From: a virus
Virus record (IMG/VR): IMGVR_UViG_3300007512_001412
Span: 13,326-77,325 of that record
Direction: 5' to 3' (one strand)
Length of the DNA: 64,000 nucleotides
In this document: positions 28,618-38,942 of the stretch, in pieces
Position numbering within the stretch: position 1 is the first letter of the stretch
Layout: each line of letters begins with the position of its first letter
Notes under the pieces: model-generated
The model's database searches: none
What the model was told of the DNA's origin: nothing
The model's input: only the letters and a program-made list of their open reading frames with translations
Made by a program: the position numbers and the translations under genes

Positions 28618-29646
28618 CTACGCGCGGGGCTGGCGGCGAGCGCCCTGCTCCGGGCGCATGACGGCGACCTTGGCGTAGCCGCTGGTCGCGGCCTTGGTGC
28701 TGCGGACGGTGGACTCCGCGACCTTGCTGCCGTCCCACTCGGGGACGAGGACGATGACCACGTTCCGCAGGGGCGTCGTCTTCGGCCACCGCGTCCCGCC
28801 GTCCGTGAAGACCACGGTCATCTTCGGCGCGGGCTTGATCTTCGCCGCCGCTTCCAGCCCGACGCCCATGTCGGTGCCGCCGCCGCCCTTGAGCATCGTG
28901 GTGATCTTCGCCTTGTTGAAGACGCGGGTCGCCGCCTGATGCGCCTGGGTGTCCACGGGGATCAGGAACACCTTGCTGACACCCCGGACCTTGAGCAGCT
29001 TCGCGGTTTCGGTCGCCGCGAGGCCCAGGGCACCGGAGCCCATCGAACCGGAGGTGTCCACGACGACGCAGACGTTGACTTCGGAGCCGCGCATCGACGG
29101 GAACACCGGAGCGCCCCGGTAGGACGTCGAGCGGCGACCGGGCTTCTTGTAGGTGTAGTCCTCCTTGCGCGCCGTCGTCAGCGACGTGTTGACGGCGTTC
29201 TTGAGGTACTTCTCCCACCGGACCTGCTTGGGGGACGTGACGTCGTCGGCCCACCGCTTGGAGTTGCCCGCGGCGGTCCCGCGACCGGAGCCGCCTGCGG
29301 AGGGGGCCGGGTCATCGATGTACTGCTCGATCTGCTTCGCTTCGGCGCGGCGGGCGTTCGCCCACTCCTCGTCGGTGCGCTCGATCGGGAGGTCCCCGAA
29401 TTCCTTCACCGCCGCCGCCTCCGCCGCGTTGGTCGCTGCGGGGTCGCCGCCTGCACCGGAGCCGCACTCGCCGTGACCGACGCCGTCGCCGCCGCTGCCG
29501 CCGCTGCCGCCGCCCTCGCCGGGGTCGCCGTTCTCGTCGCCGTTGCCGCCACCGTCGCCGCCGTCGCCGTCGTCGCCACGGGGGCGAAGGACGACGCTGC
29601 TCAGGGGCGTTCCGTTGGGGTCGAGAGTCTGCTGTCCTGCGCTCAT
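28618..29646 (-). CDS. vWA-like domain protein (DUF2201 C-terminal type)
   Basis: MIDAS VDTSGSM, GGGGTDM, VFTDG; upstream VRW..YL and YKKPGRR. AGGAGG RBS. Confidence 0.85.
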   Translation of the reverse strand: MSAGQQTLDPNGTPLSSVVLRPRGDDGDGGDGGGNGDENGDPGEGGGSGGSGGDGVGHGECGSGAGGDPAATNAAEAAAVKEFGDLPIERTDEEWANARRAEAKQIEQYIDDPAPSAGGSGRGTAAGNSKRWADDVTSPKQVRWEKYLKNAVNTSLTTARKEDYTYKKPGRRSTSYRGAPVFPSMRGSEVNVCVVVDTSGSMGSGALGLAATETAKLLKVRGVSKVFLIPVDTQAHQAATRVFNKAKITTMLKGGGGTDMGVGLEAAAKIKPAPKMTVVFTDGGTRWPKTTPLRNVVIVLVPEWDGSKVAESTVRSTKAATSGYAKVAVMRPEQGARRQPRA

Positions 29647-29698
29647 GTCGTTTCCTCCTGGCGAGCCCTTCGCCGGGGCCGGGTGTCGGCCCACCACC

Positions 29699-29727
29699 AA
29701 TGTAGGGTCGCTACCAGATAGCTACAA
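29699..29727 (-). promoter_or_regulatory. Promoter with RTAGCTAY box
   Basis: Minus strand TTGTAG-17-TACATT with the box overlapping the -35. Confidence 0.55.
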
Positions 29728-29825
29728 CCCTTTTCTTTCCACAGGGGCTACGTACAGCGTTTTTTCCAAGCGACCTCGCACGGCAAGACCTGCAGCAGCG
29801 CCAGCAGCAATCCAGGGAAAGTAGC

Positions 29826-31190
29826 TCATCGCGGACGTGGGAGTCGGTGGGACCGAGAGCGCCGCGTCGGATCTCCCCCAATGTACGACGGGATCTGTCC
29901 GTCGAACTGTGCGATGGCACCGTCTACGATCACGGTGCGCCCGTCGCGGTCACGGACCTCCGTCCAGTCGTGGCCGATGTGATCGACCTCCTCCTCGGCA
30001 TCCTCGCTCCAGATCGGTGCGGCCAGGACGGCAAACCCGTCGAGGACATGAACAGCGTCCCATCCGTCTCTGCGGAGCACGCGGGTCCAAGCCGCCGCGT
30101 TCGCGTCACAACTGTCTGCGACGCGGCCCTGTTCGATGATGCAGGTATGAACCTCATGCCGATTCGCGGCGACGGCCTCCCGCAACGCCCGCGATGCTCC
30201 AGGGGAGACGTAGACCGGATACGCCTCGACCGACGCACGCAGCGCCGGGTTTCGGTTCTCCATGCGCGCGAAGGGGGCCTTACGCCGCGAGGACGCCAGG
30301 ATCGCGTCCACGATGCTGTTCCAGTGCGCCTTGCTCGCGTCCAGCCCTGACAGCCCCGCGATGCCGCCGCCCTTGAGCAGCTTGTTGTACTTGGTGGTGA
30401 ACGACTTGGGGAGGACTCCGATGCGAACGCCCCCCTGGACGTAGAGCGGGACCGACTCGGCGGCGAGGTCCAAGTCGTTGAAGTCGCGTGCCGCCAGGAT
30501 GCGCTTGCGGATCGCCTCGACCTCGCGTGCGAAGCGATCGAACGGCGGCCCCTCGGCTCGACGCCCGCGCCGCCCGGACTGACCTCGCCGCGCAAGTCCC
30601 AGAGCCGCGCCAGCGGGGATCACCGTGACTTGCTGGTTGCCGTTGGCGTCGGGCTCCGACGCCGTTTCCACGATCCCGTCCTGCCCCGCGAAGGGACCGT
30701 CCACGATCGTCACGGGGTCGCCGGGGCTGTAGACGTTGGGGCCGTCGCCGCCCCCTCCGCCGTCCTCACCCTCGCCGCCTTCACCGCCGCCGCCTCCGCC
30801 GCCCCCGCCGCCGTCGTCATCGTCCAGATCCCCCAGGTCGTCGCCGCTGCCCACGATGGGCTGGCCTGCCAGGGGCGGGATCGGGGCAGCGGGACCGCCG
30901 CCACCGGAGCCCTGCGGGGTCGCCCACGGGGGCACACCGCCCGCCTGGGGCGCGCGGGACACCGTGTTGATGGGGGACGAGCCGTCGCTGCCCGTGCGGA
31001 GCAGCGTCTTGAACGACTGGCCCTTGAGGGGGCCGTCCGTCCAGCGGATCGAGAGGAACGCCGGTAGGACGCGCGTGACGACGCCTTCGCTGCCGTACCA
31101 CTGGTCGTCGCCGGGGTAGAAGCCGTTGCCGATGTACTCGACCCGGTCGCCCTGGTTCACCGGGACGGGGCCGTGGATCATGTTGCTCAT
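29826..31190 (-). CDS. Multidomain protein: SH3/KOW-like modules, Gly/Asp linker, lower-GC C-terminal domain
   Basis: GDRVEY, GDPVTIVDGPFAGQDG (KOW). The C-terminal domain has C..., GHDWTEV and IVDG, reminiscent of a papain/transglutaminase-like C-H-D arrangement. Confidence 0.6.
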   Translation of the reverse strand: MSNMIHGPVPVNQGDRVEYIGNGFYPGDDQWYGSEGVVTRVLPAFLSIRWTDGPLKGQSFKTLLRTGSDGSSPINTVSRAPQAGGVPPWATPQGSGGGGPAAPIPPLAGQPIVGSGDDLGDLDDDDGGGGGGGGGGEGGEGEDGGGGGDGPNVYSPGDPVTIVDGPFAGQDGIVETASEPDANGNQQVTVIPAGAALGLARRGQSGRRGRRAEGPPFDRFAREVEAIRKRILAARDFNDLDLAAESVPLYVQGGVRIGVLPKSFTTKYNKLLKGGGIAGLSGLDASKAHWNSIVDAILASSRRKAPFARMENRNPALRASVEAYPVYVSPGASRALREAVAANRHEVHTCIIEQGRVADSCDANAAAWTRVLRRDGWDAVHVLDGFAVLAAPIWSEDAEEEVDHIGHDWTEVRDRDGRTVIVDGAIAQFDGQIPSYIGGDPTRRSRSHRLPRPR

Positions 31191-31891
31191 GGCGTGCTCC
31201 GGTGTGCCGGATCGACCGGCGCGTACTCGACGTTCTGCTTGCCGTTGGCGTCGGGCGGGGTCGCGGAGATCACGACGACCTCCCGGCCCTTGTACTTGCC
31301 GCGCTTCGGCTTGGCCCGGTCACCGACCGCCCACACCTTCTTGGGCGGCGGGGGCTTCTTGCCCTTCTTCTTCTCGACCGCGTAGTACAGGTCCGCGCTG
31401 TACCCTTCGGGAGCGCCGATCTGTCCGGGCTGGAGCGCCCACCGCTGGATCTTGAATTCCTCCCACACCCCGTCGAGCAGCGCGTAGAGGCGCGTCAGGT
31501 CGTCGTTGATCTCCCGATCCCCGGCGCGGTTCCACAGGACTTGGTCGTAGCCGTTCGCTTCCTGGCGCGCGGCGTGGTTGTACTTGATGTGGCCGTGCTC
31601 ATGGAGCAAGTCGGCGGCGAGCGCGAGCAGTCGCCGCTTGTCCCGTCCTTCCTCCGTTTCCCCTCCGGGGTCGGTGGCGGGATCGGGGTCGGGCCACTTG
31701 GCGAACGAGGGGCGGTAGAACAGGTGCCCCTTCGTGTTCACCGCCATCGTCTTGACCTTGCCGCTGACGTCTTCCACGAACGTCAGCTTGTAGAGGATAT
31801 CCGCCGTCCAGGGCATCGCGGTCAGCGCGAGTCCCCGCGCCATCTGCATCAGCCCGTGGGCTTCTTCATCCTTGTAGTACTTGCGTGCCAT
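31187..31891 (-). CDS. Zincin metallopeptidase (DUF2201_N type) with C-terminal KOW
   Basis: TMAVN, LFYRPSF, LLHEHGH, WNRAGDREIN. Confidence 0.85.
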   Translation of the reverse strand: MARKYYKDEEAHGLMQMARGLALTAMPWTADILYKLTFVEDVSGKVKTMAVNTKGHLFYRPSFAKWPDPDPATDPGGETEEGRDKRRLLALAADLLHEHGHIKYNHAARQEANGYDQVLWNRAGDREINDDLTRLYALLDGVWEEFKIQRWALQPGQIGAPEGYSADLYYAVEKKKGKKPPPPKKVWAVGDRAKPKRGKYKGREVVVISATPPDANGKQNVEYAPVDPAHRSTP

Positions 31892-32193
31892 CAGGTGCGC
31901 TCCAGCCCCTCGACCTCGTACGGGTCGGGGCGTCGGATGGTGGGGTTGTGCGCCGTGATCTCCCCGGAGGGGTCCAGCGTCAACGTCGCCTCCACGATCC
32001 ACAAGCCGGTGTCGGGGAACGACAGGACGTCCCCGGTGTCGCCGTTGAGGATCCACCCCTCGTCCGTGTTGGACGCGAGGGCGAGGTCTTGGACTTCGGT
32101 GTCGAGGGCCGCGAGCAACACCCCGTAGACCACCGTGGTTTCCCCGGAGGGATCGGGAACCCCGTAGGTTCCTCCGTAGAGCAGCTTCGCCAT
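31891..32193 (-). CDS. Small acidic beta-rich hypothetical protein
   Basis: AAGGAGG RBS and its own promoter. Confidence 0.65.
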   Translation of the reverse strand: MAKLLYGGTYGVPDPSGETTVVYGVLLAALDTEVQDLALASNTDEGWILNGDTGDVLSFPDTGLWIVEATLTLDPSGEITAHNPTIRRPDPYEVEGLERT

Positions 32194-32212
32194 GTCGGCC
32201 TCCTTCCACGTG

Positions 32213-32241
32213 AAGATAGCTACAAAATAGCTACCTCACAA
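32213..32241 (-). promoter_or_regulatory. Promoter with two RTAGCTAY boxes
   Basis: Minus strand TTGTGA-ggtagctattttgtagc-TATCTT (17-nt spacer). Confidence 0.7.
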
Positions 32242-32270
32242 GTCTTTTCTTCGGGAGGCTGGCCCGGAGG

Positions 32271-35200
32271 CTACCCGACCCCCATTCCGCCGCTCGCTAC
32301 CGACTCCATCTGGAGTGTCGCCGCCAAAGCCTCCGCGCTGGTGAGCGCGGCGGCGTCCACCCCGATCCGGCTCAGGGCCGCTGTGCTCAACGCGCCGCCC
32401 GCCTCGTCCGCACCGAAGGCGAGCAGGGAGGCGAGCGCCACCCGGGTCAGAGGACCGGGGTGTCCGTCGAGGTACGCCGCCACAGCCGGGTACGCATCTT
32501 CGGAGTCACCCGCCGCGTCGTCGTTCGCGGCTTCCCGCAACTCGTCCTCGCGGAGCAGGGGCACGATCTCATGGAGGCCCCCCGCACCGAAGGTAGCCGA
32601 CAGCGTGCCGGGAGCCTCGCTGCTCCTGCTCCGCTGGACCCACTGGCGCGACTGCACCAGCGCGGTGTGCGCGAGCGAGGCGTTCAGGATGGCTTCGGGG
32701 CGCGTCCACCCCACGGGCTGTGCCCCCGTGGACTCGACCTCGTCGTTCCATGCGTCCCACAACTCTTTGTGCAGATCCCGCACCGCCGACGCGACCACGT
32801 AGCCGCGCCACGTGGCGACGTAGATCGCGGCCTCGCCCTTGCCGGGGCGGAACGCCAGCACGATCTCCAGAAGCTCCCGGGGATGCGCCGTGAAGTACGG
32901 ATCGGTGAGGATCACAGGGGAGGGGGTGCCCCGGGGGTAACGCTTGCCGTCCGGGGCGACCGGAGCCGGCACCAGGGGCAGATCCTTGGGCTCCCCGCTT
33001 ATGTCCTTCGTCGGAATGTGCCGGATGCGGAGCATGTCCCGGCGTCCGTCGCCGTGCTTCGGCCACGCCACGTTGAAGGGCTGGAGGGTCTGTTCGCCCT
33101 GCACGGTGGTCGGGGTGATCGCGGCGAGCACGCCCCCGTTGCCGATGGGGAGCGCGGTCTGGAGCGCGTCCACGTACGTGTCGATGGACGACTTCTTCTT
33201 CTTGCCGTCGTCGGCAGCGGTGTAGCTCGCTTCGGACGACGAGGCGGCAAACTCCAGGCCCACGTGCGCCGCCGTGCGGCCCATCTTCTGCATGACGCCC
33301 ATGAGGTTGCCGATGTTCTCCGCCGCGCCCGTCGCCTTCGCCGTCAGCGCCGTCTGGTACGCCACGTAGCGACGGTACTGCTCCGGGGACATGCCGATCT
33401 CGACGCGGCGCGTCGGGGGTGCGATCGGCACCTTGCCGCCCGTGAACACGGCCCACTTGTTCCGTTCGGGATCGGTCGCGTCCAGGGTGGGCGCGTGCTG
33501 CGTGACCAAGCTGCCGTCGTCCAGGCGACCCTCGACGGCGTAGTCACCCACGGCGTCCCCGTCGAAGATCCGCAGCCGATCCTGCGCGCGCACGTGCTCC
33601 GTGGAGCCGTCCACGGGGATGAAGTGCCCGCGCACCGTGCCGTCCTGCCCGGTCATCGTGGTAAACACGGATCGGGAGCCGTTCCCGATCATCCTCCCGC
33701 GCAGGGCTTCGGCGTCGTCCACCGTCTTGCGGTTGGCGTAGCGCCGGAACAGGGCCAGGAATTCGTCTTGGTTGCGGAACGGAGGGACGACCGCCAGCCG
33801 CTCCTGCGGCTCCGACGAGGGCTTCGCCACGATCTTCGGCTCGATCTCCACGTACCGGCTGATGAATTCCTCCGGGGAGTTGATCCCGACCGGAGTGAAC
33901 ACCGACGAGTCCCGCTTCCCGGGCTCTCCGATGTACTGGAACAGGTTGTAGAATTCGATCGGGGACGTCGTCGCCGGGGTCGCGGTGAGCAGGACCACCC
34001 GCCCGTTGTTCCGCCGCACCGCCGCCGCCCGGAATTCCAACTGCCACGCGCTCTTGGAGTTGCCCGTGGTGTACAGGTACTCGACCTTGCCCTGGCCCAA
34101 CGAGCCGCGCTTCTGCGGTTCGTACAGCGACTTGAAGCCCTTGTGCGCCTCGTCCACGACGAGGAAATCCACGCCGGTCGCGTCCCACGTGATCAACTCG
34201 CCTGCGGACGTCAGCGCCGGGGGCTTCGGGACGGCGGAGAGCCGTCGTCCCAGCGCCGCAGCCGCCTTCTGCGACATGCGCTTGCCGCTGATGCTCTCAT
34301 AGTCCTGCACCGGATCGGACACCTCGACGGTGTACGGCCCCCATGATCCGTGGGCGTTGAGCCACTGAGCGACGTCCTGCGCGGCTTCGACGTTCGTCAG
34401 GGGGGACACGGCTCCGGTCTGGAGGTCGCGCGCGGCGTACCCGACGCCGTAGTAGGCCCCGTTGCGCTGCGCGCCCTTCGGCGCTTCCTCGCCGCTGCGC
34501 TTGAACGGCGGCGGCACCGGGTAGCCGTCCGGGTACTGGTTGCGCCGGCTGGGGAGGAACACCACGCCCGCGTAGACGTCGTCGGGGAGCACGAACCGAT
34601 GCGCGTAGGGGGTCACCCCGAAGCCCTGTGTCGGAGCCGGCAGGCCACTGTTGGCGAAGCCGGGGACGTGCCTCGGGTTGACAGTCTCCCCGTTCACGTC
34701 CACGACCCACGCCTTCTCCGGGGCGGCGAGGAGCCGTTCGTACAGGGCCGCGACGGCAACGTCATGGGCCTCGCGCTTCGGCTGCAAGCGATCCGCGATC
34801 CACTCCATGACCGCCTGCACGCGGAAGGGGGCACGGGGATCGTTGATCTCGTCTTCCAGGGTCGCCACGTACTCCGCCAGCGACATGCCCTTGGGGACGT
34901 CGCCAATGTCCAGGCCCGCTGCGGGCTGGATCCGGGTGCCTACGGGGATCGCCTGCGGGGCGACTCCCTGGACCGGAGGGCCGGTCGCCGCGCCCTTCTC
35001 CCACGGGATGTACTCCGTCCCCCGGGGGTCACGGAGGATGATCAGGTACGGCCCGCTGCCGTCGCTGTCCATCTTGATGACGCGCGCGATCTCCTGGCCG
35101 TGCGGCGCGTCGATGAAGACGTACTTGGGATTTGCCGGGGAGATTCCGCTCGCTGTGAGGATGGAGGAATCCCCGATGTACAGCTTCTCGGACACGAACC

Positions 35201-38200
35201 CTTCGGTCTGCGCCGTGTAGGGCGGGTTCTCGTTCCGCAGCCCACCGGGTCGCGTGGGGGGGTTCTTCGGGTTCAGCGGGTGGAGCGCGACACGGTGGAG
35301 CGCATCCAAATCCAACGCGGATCGCGCGTTCGCCTTGGCGATCGACTCGATCCACTGGTTGGGATCATACGGATCGGGGTAGCGCAGGACGACCCAGGTC
35401 TTCGTGTTGCCGCTCCGTCGCTGCGCCGATCTCAAGTCGGGGCGGCCGGTTGCTTCAAGTCCCCGGGGCTGGTGCCCCGACGCGACGTACTTCACGGCGA
35501 AGCCGCTCTCTCTCACCCCGGCGAACGTGGTGGGAGAGCCAAGGGGCTGCGTGGTGACGGTTTCCTTCGCCAGCAGCCCCAGGAGCGCCTTCGACGCCCG
35601 AATGAGGCGTTCCCGCAACTCGTAGCCTTCGGTGTAGCCCACCGACGTCGTCACGGCGCGGCCGCTCGCGGACTTGCGGCCCGTGTCGATGTTGATCGAC
35701 TTGAACAGGCTCTCCTCGATGGACTGGAGGATCGCGGGGGTAGCGAGCACGTGCTCCCGCACGGACGCATCGTCCAGGGGGAGCGCGTCGAGGCGGGACG
35801 CGGGGACGAACACCGCGTCGAAGCGCCCGGAGCGGAATTCCGCCCACTTGTCCGCGACCTCCGTGGGGGTTTCATCCTCCGCCTTGAGTGGAGGCGGGGC
35901 CTGCGTCTTGCGGATCGGGGTGCCGTCGTCCTTGGTCCCGACCGTGTAGACGCCGCCGTGCAGCGCGATGAATTCGCCTTCCCGGCGCGACATTTCCGTC
36001 GCCACGCGGCGCACCTCGATGGCGTAGAGCGTGGGGTCAGCCTTGAGGTCCGCGATCGTCGCCTTGAATTCCACGCGGGAGACAGCCTTCCTGGCAGGCT
36101 TCCCCTTGCTCACGACGGTGACCGGCTTGACCTGGGATCGGACCCCCTTGTTCCCCGCCGCGACCGCCGCTTCGGTGCGCCGGAAGGCTTCGTGGAACAA
36201 CTCCTGCGCCAACCGCACGGAGCGGAGCCGCAGCGGGTGTCGCTTCGCGCGCTTGTTCGGGATCTTGGTCGGGGGTCGGTACTTCTTGCCGATGATCTCG
36301 ACCCGGTAGTCGGGAAACTGCTTGAGCAGATCCGCCGTCCACTTCGGGATCAGCGTGTTGGGGACGACGAACACCGGGCGCTTGGCAAGGCCCCGCTGCT
36401 TGGCGTACGCCATCGCCAGGATCGCCACGTTGGTCTTGCCGACGCCGACGCCCATCGCCAGGAGCCCGCCGCCTTCCTCGACCAGACGGCGCGCGCCCGC
36501 CGACTGGTAGGGGTACGGGGCCATCTTGTTCGACGTGCCGTCCGGGCCGACGCCTTCATAGTCGTCCTTGGTCACCGGCCCCGCCCGGACCAGCCCCTCC
36601 GCGACGTTGTCCGTGTCGTACTCGGGCAGGACGTAGCTGCGCCAGCGCACGTTGTACGCATGGACGACCTGACGTCGGTGCTCGACGCCCTGGTCGGAGT
36701 CGAGGAAGGAGAGCAGGGAGGTGTTGAACCCGGAGGCGTACGCTTCCCGCTGCGCGTCCTTCCGCTTCGCCGTGATCATGGACACGGCAGCACCGATCCG
36801 CCGTGGCAGATCCGTGGGGGGGATCGAGGGGAACATCGCGCTCAGGTTGGCCCAATCCTGCTGCGTCTTGTTCGGCCTACAGATATCCGCGAGGTCGCCC
36901 AACGTCCACGTGTGGCCCGCCTGGACCGCCACGTTCCCCAGGAGAGCCTGGAGGGTCGCTTCTCCTTCGGGCCACAACTCCGCGCGCCATCCCGGCCCCT
37001 TCATGCGCGAGAGGACCGGGACCGACGTCAGTGCGTTGGGGCTGAAACAGGAAACGTCGCTGTTGAGGTAGCCCAGGAGGTAGCGGGTCCGGTGGCTGAT
37101 CGAGTTCTGGTAGCCGCTCTCCCACGCGGACTTCGACGCGAGGGCTGCGTACGGGATCAACGCGAACACGTACACCCGATCCCCGGGCTGGTAGGCCGCG
37201 TCCGGGTTCAACTCCCGAAGCTCGCGCAGCGGCATCCGGTAGGAGGCCGCGATGCTCTCCGGGGTGTCCCCCTGCTCGACGGTGTAGGGGCGCTCCCACG
37301 CCAGGGACGTAGCGAACATGCCGCGCCGCAGGCGCACGCGCACGGGCGCGTAGTCCCTGCCCGTGTTCTCCGCGTCCCTGATCTCCCCGAAGTCCCTGAT
37401 CCGCTTGTACGTCCACACGTCCACGTAGCCCTTGCCCGTCCTGTACAGGTCTTCTTCGGTCAGAACCGGGGCGGCGTCGGGGAGCCAGTAGTCGAGGCGC
37501 TTGTTGTGCGGCGGGGACAGGGCTTCCCCGGTGGGGACGTCTTCGGGGACGTCCTCCGTGTCGAAGGTGTAGTCGGTCCCCAAGGTGGTCTTCGACCAGT
37601 CGCCGGGGTGCGGGATCTGCACGTACTGGTTGATCCAGGCGTTGAGCGTTTCCACCGGGAGGTACGTGTCGCGGACGTCGAGCGCCGGGGCCAGATCCTC
37701 CGCCCAATCGGCGTCCCGCGTGTACCCGGCAAACTCGTCGTGCTGCACCATCCCCGCCGTGTAGAGGAACGCGGGGAGCGCGGGGATCGGCGGGGGCTCA
37801 CCCGCTGCCAGCACCGTGTCCAGCCGCGTCTTCTTGTTCGTCAGGAGCCGGGAGTAGTAGTCCCGCGTGGGCATCATGCGCGAGAGCACGGGGGAGCCGT
37901 GGAGATCGGCGTCGAAGCGCCAGCCGTGGTCGTGGAACAGGGCGTTCAGCAGGCTGGTTCCCAGCGTGTCCCGATCCACGTCCGGGTCGGACGAGGCCGA
38001 CACCCACTCGTCCACGAACGCATCGATGTACAGGACCCCTTCGCCCGCCCGGTACATCCAGAGGGCGGAGGCTTCCAGATCCTCTGCGACGTCCCACGGC
38101 CCCGGGTACTCCGTCAACGCCGCAGGCATCGTGCGGAATTCGGGGATCACGTGGCCGTTCGTGTCGAAGACGTGCAGGAAGGTGTCCAACTCCGTCGCCG

Positions 38201-38942
38201 CGCCCGGAGACAAGGCGTTCGGCCCCGCGTGGGGGTCGCCGTGGACCGTGTGCCAGCCCATGATCGCGTCGGACAATTCGTACCAGTACGCGCGCGCTTC
38301 CTCGCGCCCACTCGCGTCGTCGCGCTGGCGGGCGGCGGCGTACCCCAGGAGGCGCGCGCCGATGACCAGGGCTTCCTCCTCCGGGTTCTTGGTACGGATG
38401 CCTTCTGCGGGTCGGACCTTCGGCTTCGACGGCTTCGACGCCCGCGACGGCTTCGCTCCCGGCTTGATCGGCTTGTGCCCGATCGCCTCGATCGCCGTGG
38501 CGATTGCGCCCCACACCGGCTTGGCGTACGCCACGTACCGGCGCAGCTTGTCGGCGTCCATCTCCATCAGGTCTTCGGCAACCGGACCCGTTCGCAGGAA
38601 CAGCGCGTCGTAGCAGACCTTGATTTCTTCGGGGGACACCCACCGCTGGCACTGTTCGCCCAGGACGTTCGGGAGCAGCGTCTTGACGAATTCCTCGTTG
38701 GCGAGCGCAGACGAGTAAAGCTCCTGCGCCTCCGCCCGCCGCATCGTGACGACGATCTGGTTGAGCTTGGGGTCGGCGTACATCGAGAGGCGCAGCGGCC
38801 CCGGCTGGACCTCCGTCCCCACCGCAGCGGCGAACATGGCCGGATCATCGTGCCCCGGGGGGAGGTGCCTTCCGACGACCGCGACCGCCCGGTTGACGAC
38901 TTCGCGGACCCACGTGTCGCCCTGCTGGTTCCCGTTGCTCAC
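32271..38942 (-). CDS. Giant (~2220 aa) LysM + SNF2/SF2 helicase-like protein (DarB-like)
   Basis: LysM YTVEQGDTPESIAASY...LNP; PYPYQ, MGVGVGKT, VFVVPN, LVVDEAH, LLTATP. Probable GTG start overlaps the upstream stop. Confidence 0.8.
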   Translation of the reverse strand: MSNGNQQGDTWVREVVNRAVAVVGRHLPPGHDDPAMFAAAVGTEVQPGPLRLSMYADPKLNQIVVTMRRAEAQELYSSALANEEFVKTLLPNVLGEQCQRWVSPEEIKVCYDALFLRTGPVAEDLMEMDADKLRRYVAYAKPVWGAIATAIEAIGHKPIKPGAKPSRASKPSKPKVRPAEGIRTKNPEEEALVIGARLLGYAAARQRDDASGREEARAYWYELSDAIMGWHTVHGDPHAGPNALSPGAATELDTFLHVFDTNGHVIPEFRTMPAALTEYPGPWDVAEDLEASALWMYRAGEGVLYIDAFVDEWVSASSDPDVDRDTLGTSLLNALFHDHGWRFDADLHGSPVLSRMMPTRDYYSRLLTNKKTRLDTVLAAGEPPPIPALPAFLYTAGMVQHDEFAGYTRDADWAEDLAPALDVRDTYLPVETLNAWINQYVQIPHPGDWSKTTLGTDYTFDTEDVPEDVPTGEALSPPHNKRLDYWLPDAAPVLTEEDLYRTGKGYVDVWTYKRIRDFGEIRDAENTGRDYAPVRVRLRRGMFATSLAWERPYTVEQGDTPESIAASYRMPLRELRELNPDAAYQPGDRVYVFALIPYAALASKSAWESGYQNSISHRTRYLLGYLNSDVSCFSPNALTSVPVLSRMKGPGWRAELWPEGEATLQALLGNVAVQAGHTWTLGDLADICRPNKTQQDWANLSAMFPSIPPTDLPRRIGAAVSMITAKRKDAQREAYASGFNTSLLSFLDSDQGVEHRRQVVHAYNVRWRSYVLPEYDTDNVAEGLVRAGPVTKDDYEGVGPDGTSNKMAPYPYQSAGARRLVEEGGGLLAMGVGVGKTNVAILAMAYAKQRGLAKRPVFVVPNTLIPKWTADLLKQFPDYRVEIIGKKYRPPTKIPNKRAKRHPLRLRSVRLAQELFHEAFRRTEAAVAAGNKGVRSQVKPVTVVSKGKPARKAVSRVEFKATIADLKADPTLYAIEVRRVATEMSRREGEFIALHGGVYTVGTKDDGTPIRKTQAPPPLKAEDETPTEVADKWAEFRSGRFDAVFVPASRLDALPLDDASVREHVLATPAILQSIEESLFKSINIDTGRKSASGRAVTTSVGYTEGYELRERLIRASKALLGLLAKETVTTQPLGSPTTFAGVRESGFAVKYVASGHQPRGLEATGRPDLRSAQRRSGNTKTWVVLRYPDPYDPNQWIESIAKANARSALDLDALHRVALHPLNPKNPPTRPGGLRNENPPYTAQTEGFVSEKLYIGDSSILTASGISPANPKYVFIDAPHGQEIARVIKMDSDGSGPYLIILRDPRGTEYIPWEKGAATGPPVQGVAPQAIPVGTRIQPAAGLDIGDVPKGMSLAEYVATLEDEINDPRAPFRVQAVMEWIADRLQPKREAHDVAVAALYERLLAAPEKAWVVDVNGETVNPRHVPGFANSGLPAPTQGFGVTPYAHRFVLPDDVYAGVVFLPSRRNQYPDGYPVPPPFKRSGEEAPKGAQRNGAYYGVGYAARDLQTGAVSPLTNVEAAQDVAQWLNAHGSWGPYTVEVSDPVQDYESISGKRMSQKAAAALGRRLSAVPKPPALTSAGELITWDATGVDFLVVDEAHKGFKSLYEPQKRGSLGQGKVEYLYTTGNSKSAWQLEFRAAAVRRNNGRVVLLTATPATTSPIEFYNLFQYIGEPGKRDSSVFTPVGINSPEEFISRYVEIEPKIVAKPSSEPQERLAVVPPFRNQDEFLALFRRYANRKTVDDAEALRGRMIGNGSRSVFTTMTGQDGTVRGHFIPVDGSTEHVRAQDRLRIFDGDAVGDYAVEGRLDDGSLVTQHAPTLDATDPERNKWAVFTGGKVPIAPPTRRVEIGMSPEQYRRYVAYQTALTAKATGAAENIGNLMGVMQKMGRTAAHVGLEFAASSSEASYTAADDGKKKKSSIDTYVDALQTALPIGNGGVLAAITPTTVQGEQTLQPFNVAWPKHGDGRRDMLRIRHIPTKDISGEPKDLPLVPAPVAPDGKRYPRGTPSPVILTDPYFTAHPRELLEIVLAFRPGKGEAAIYVATWRGYVVASAVRDLHKELWDAWNDEVESTGAQPVGWTRPEAILNASLAHTALVQSRQWVQRSRSSEAPGTLSATFGAGGLHEIVPLLREDELREAANDDAAGDSEDAYPAVAAYLDGHPGPLTRVALASLLAFGADEAGGALSTAALSRIGVDAAALTSAEALAATLQMESVASGGMGVG

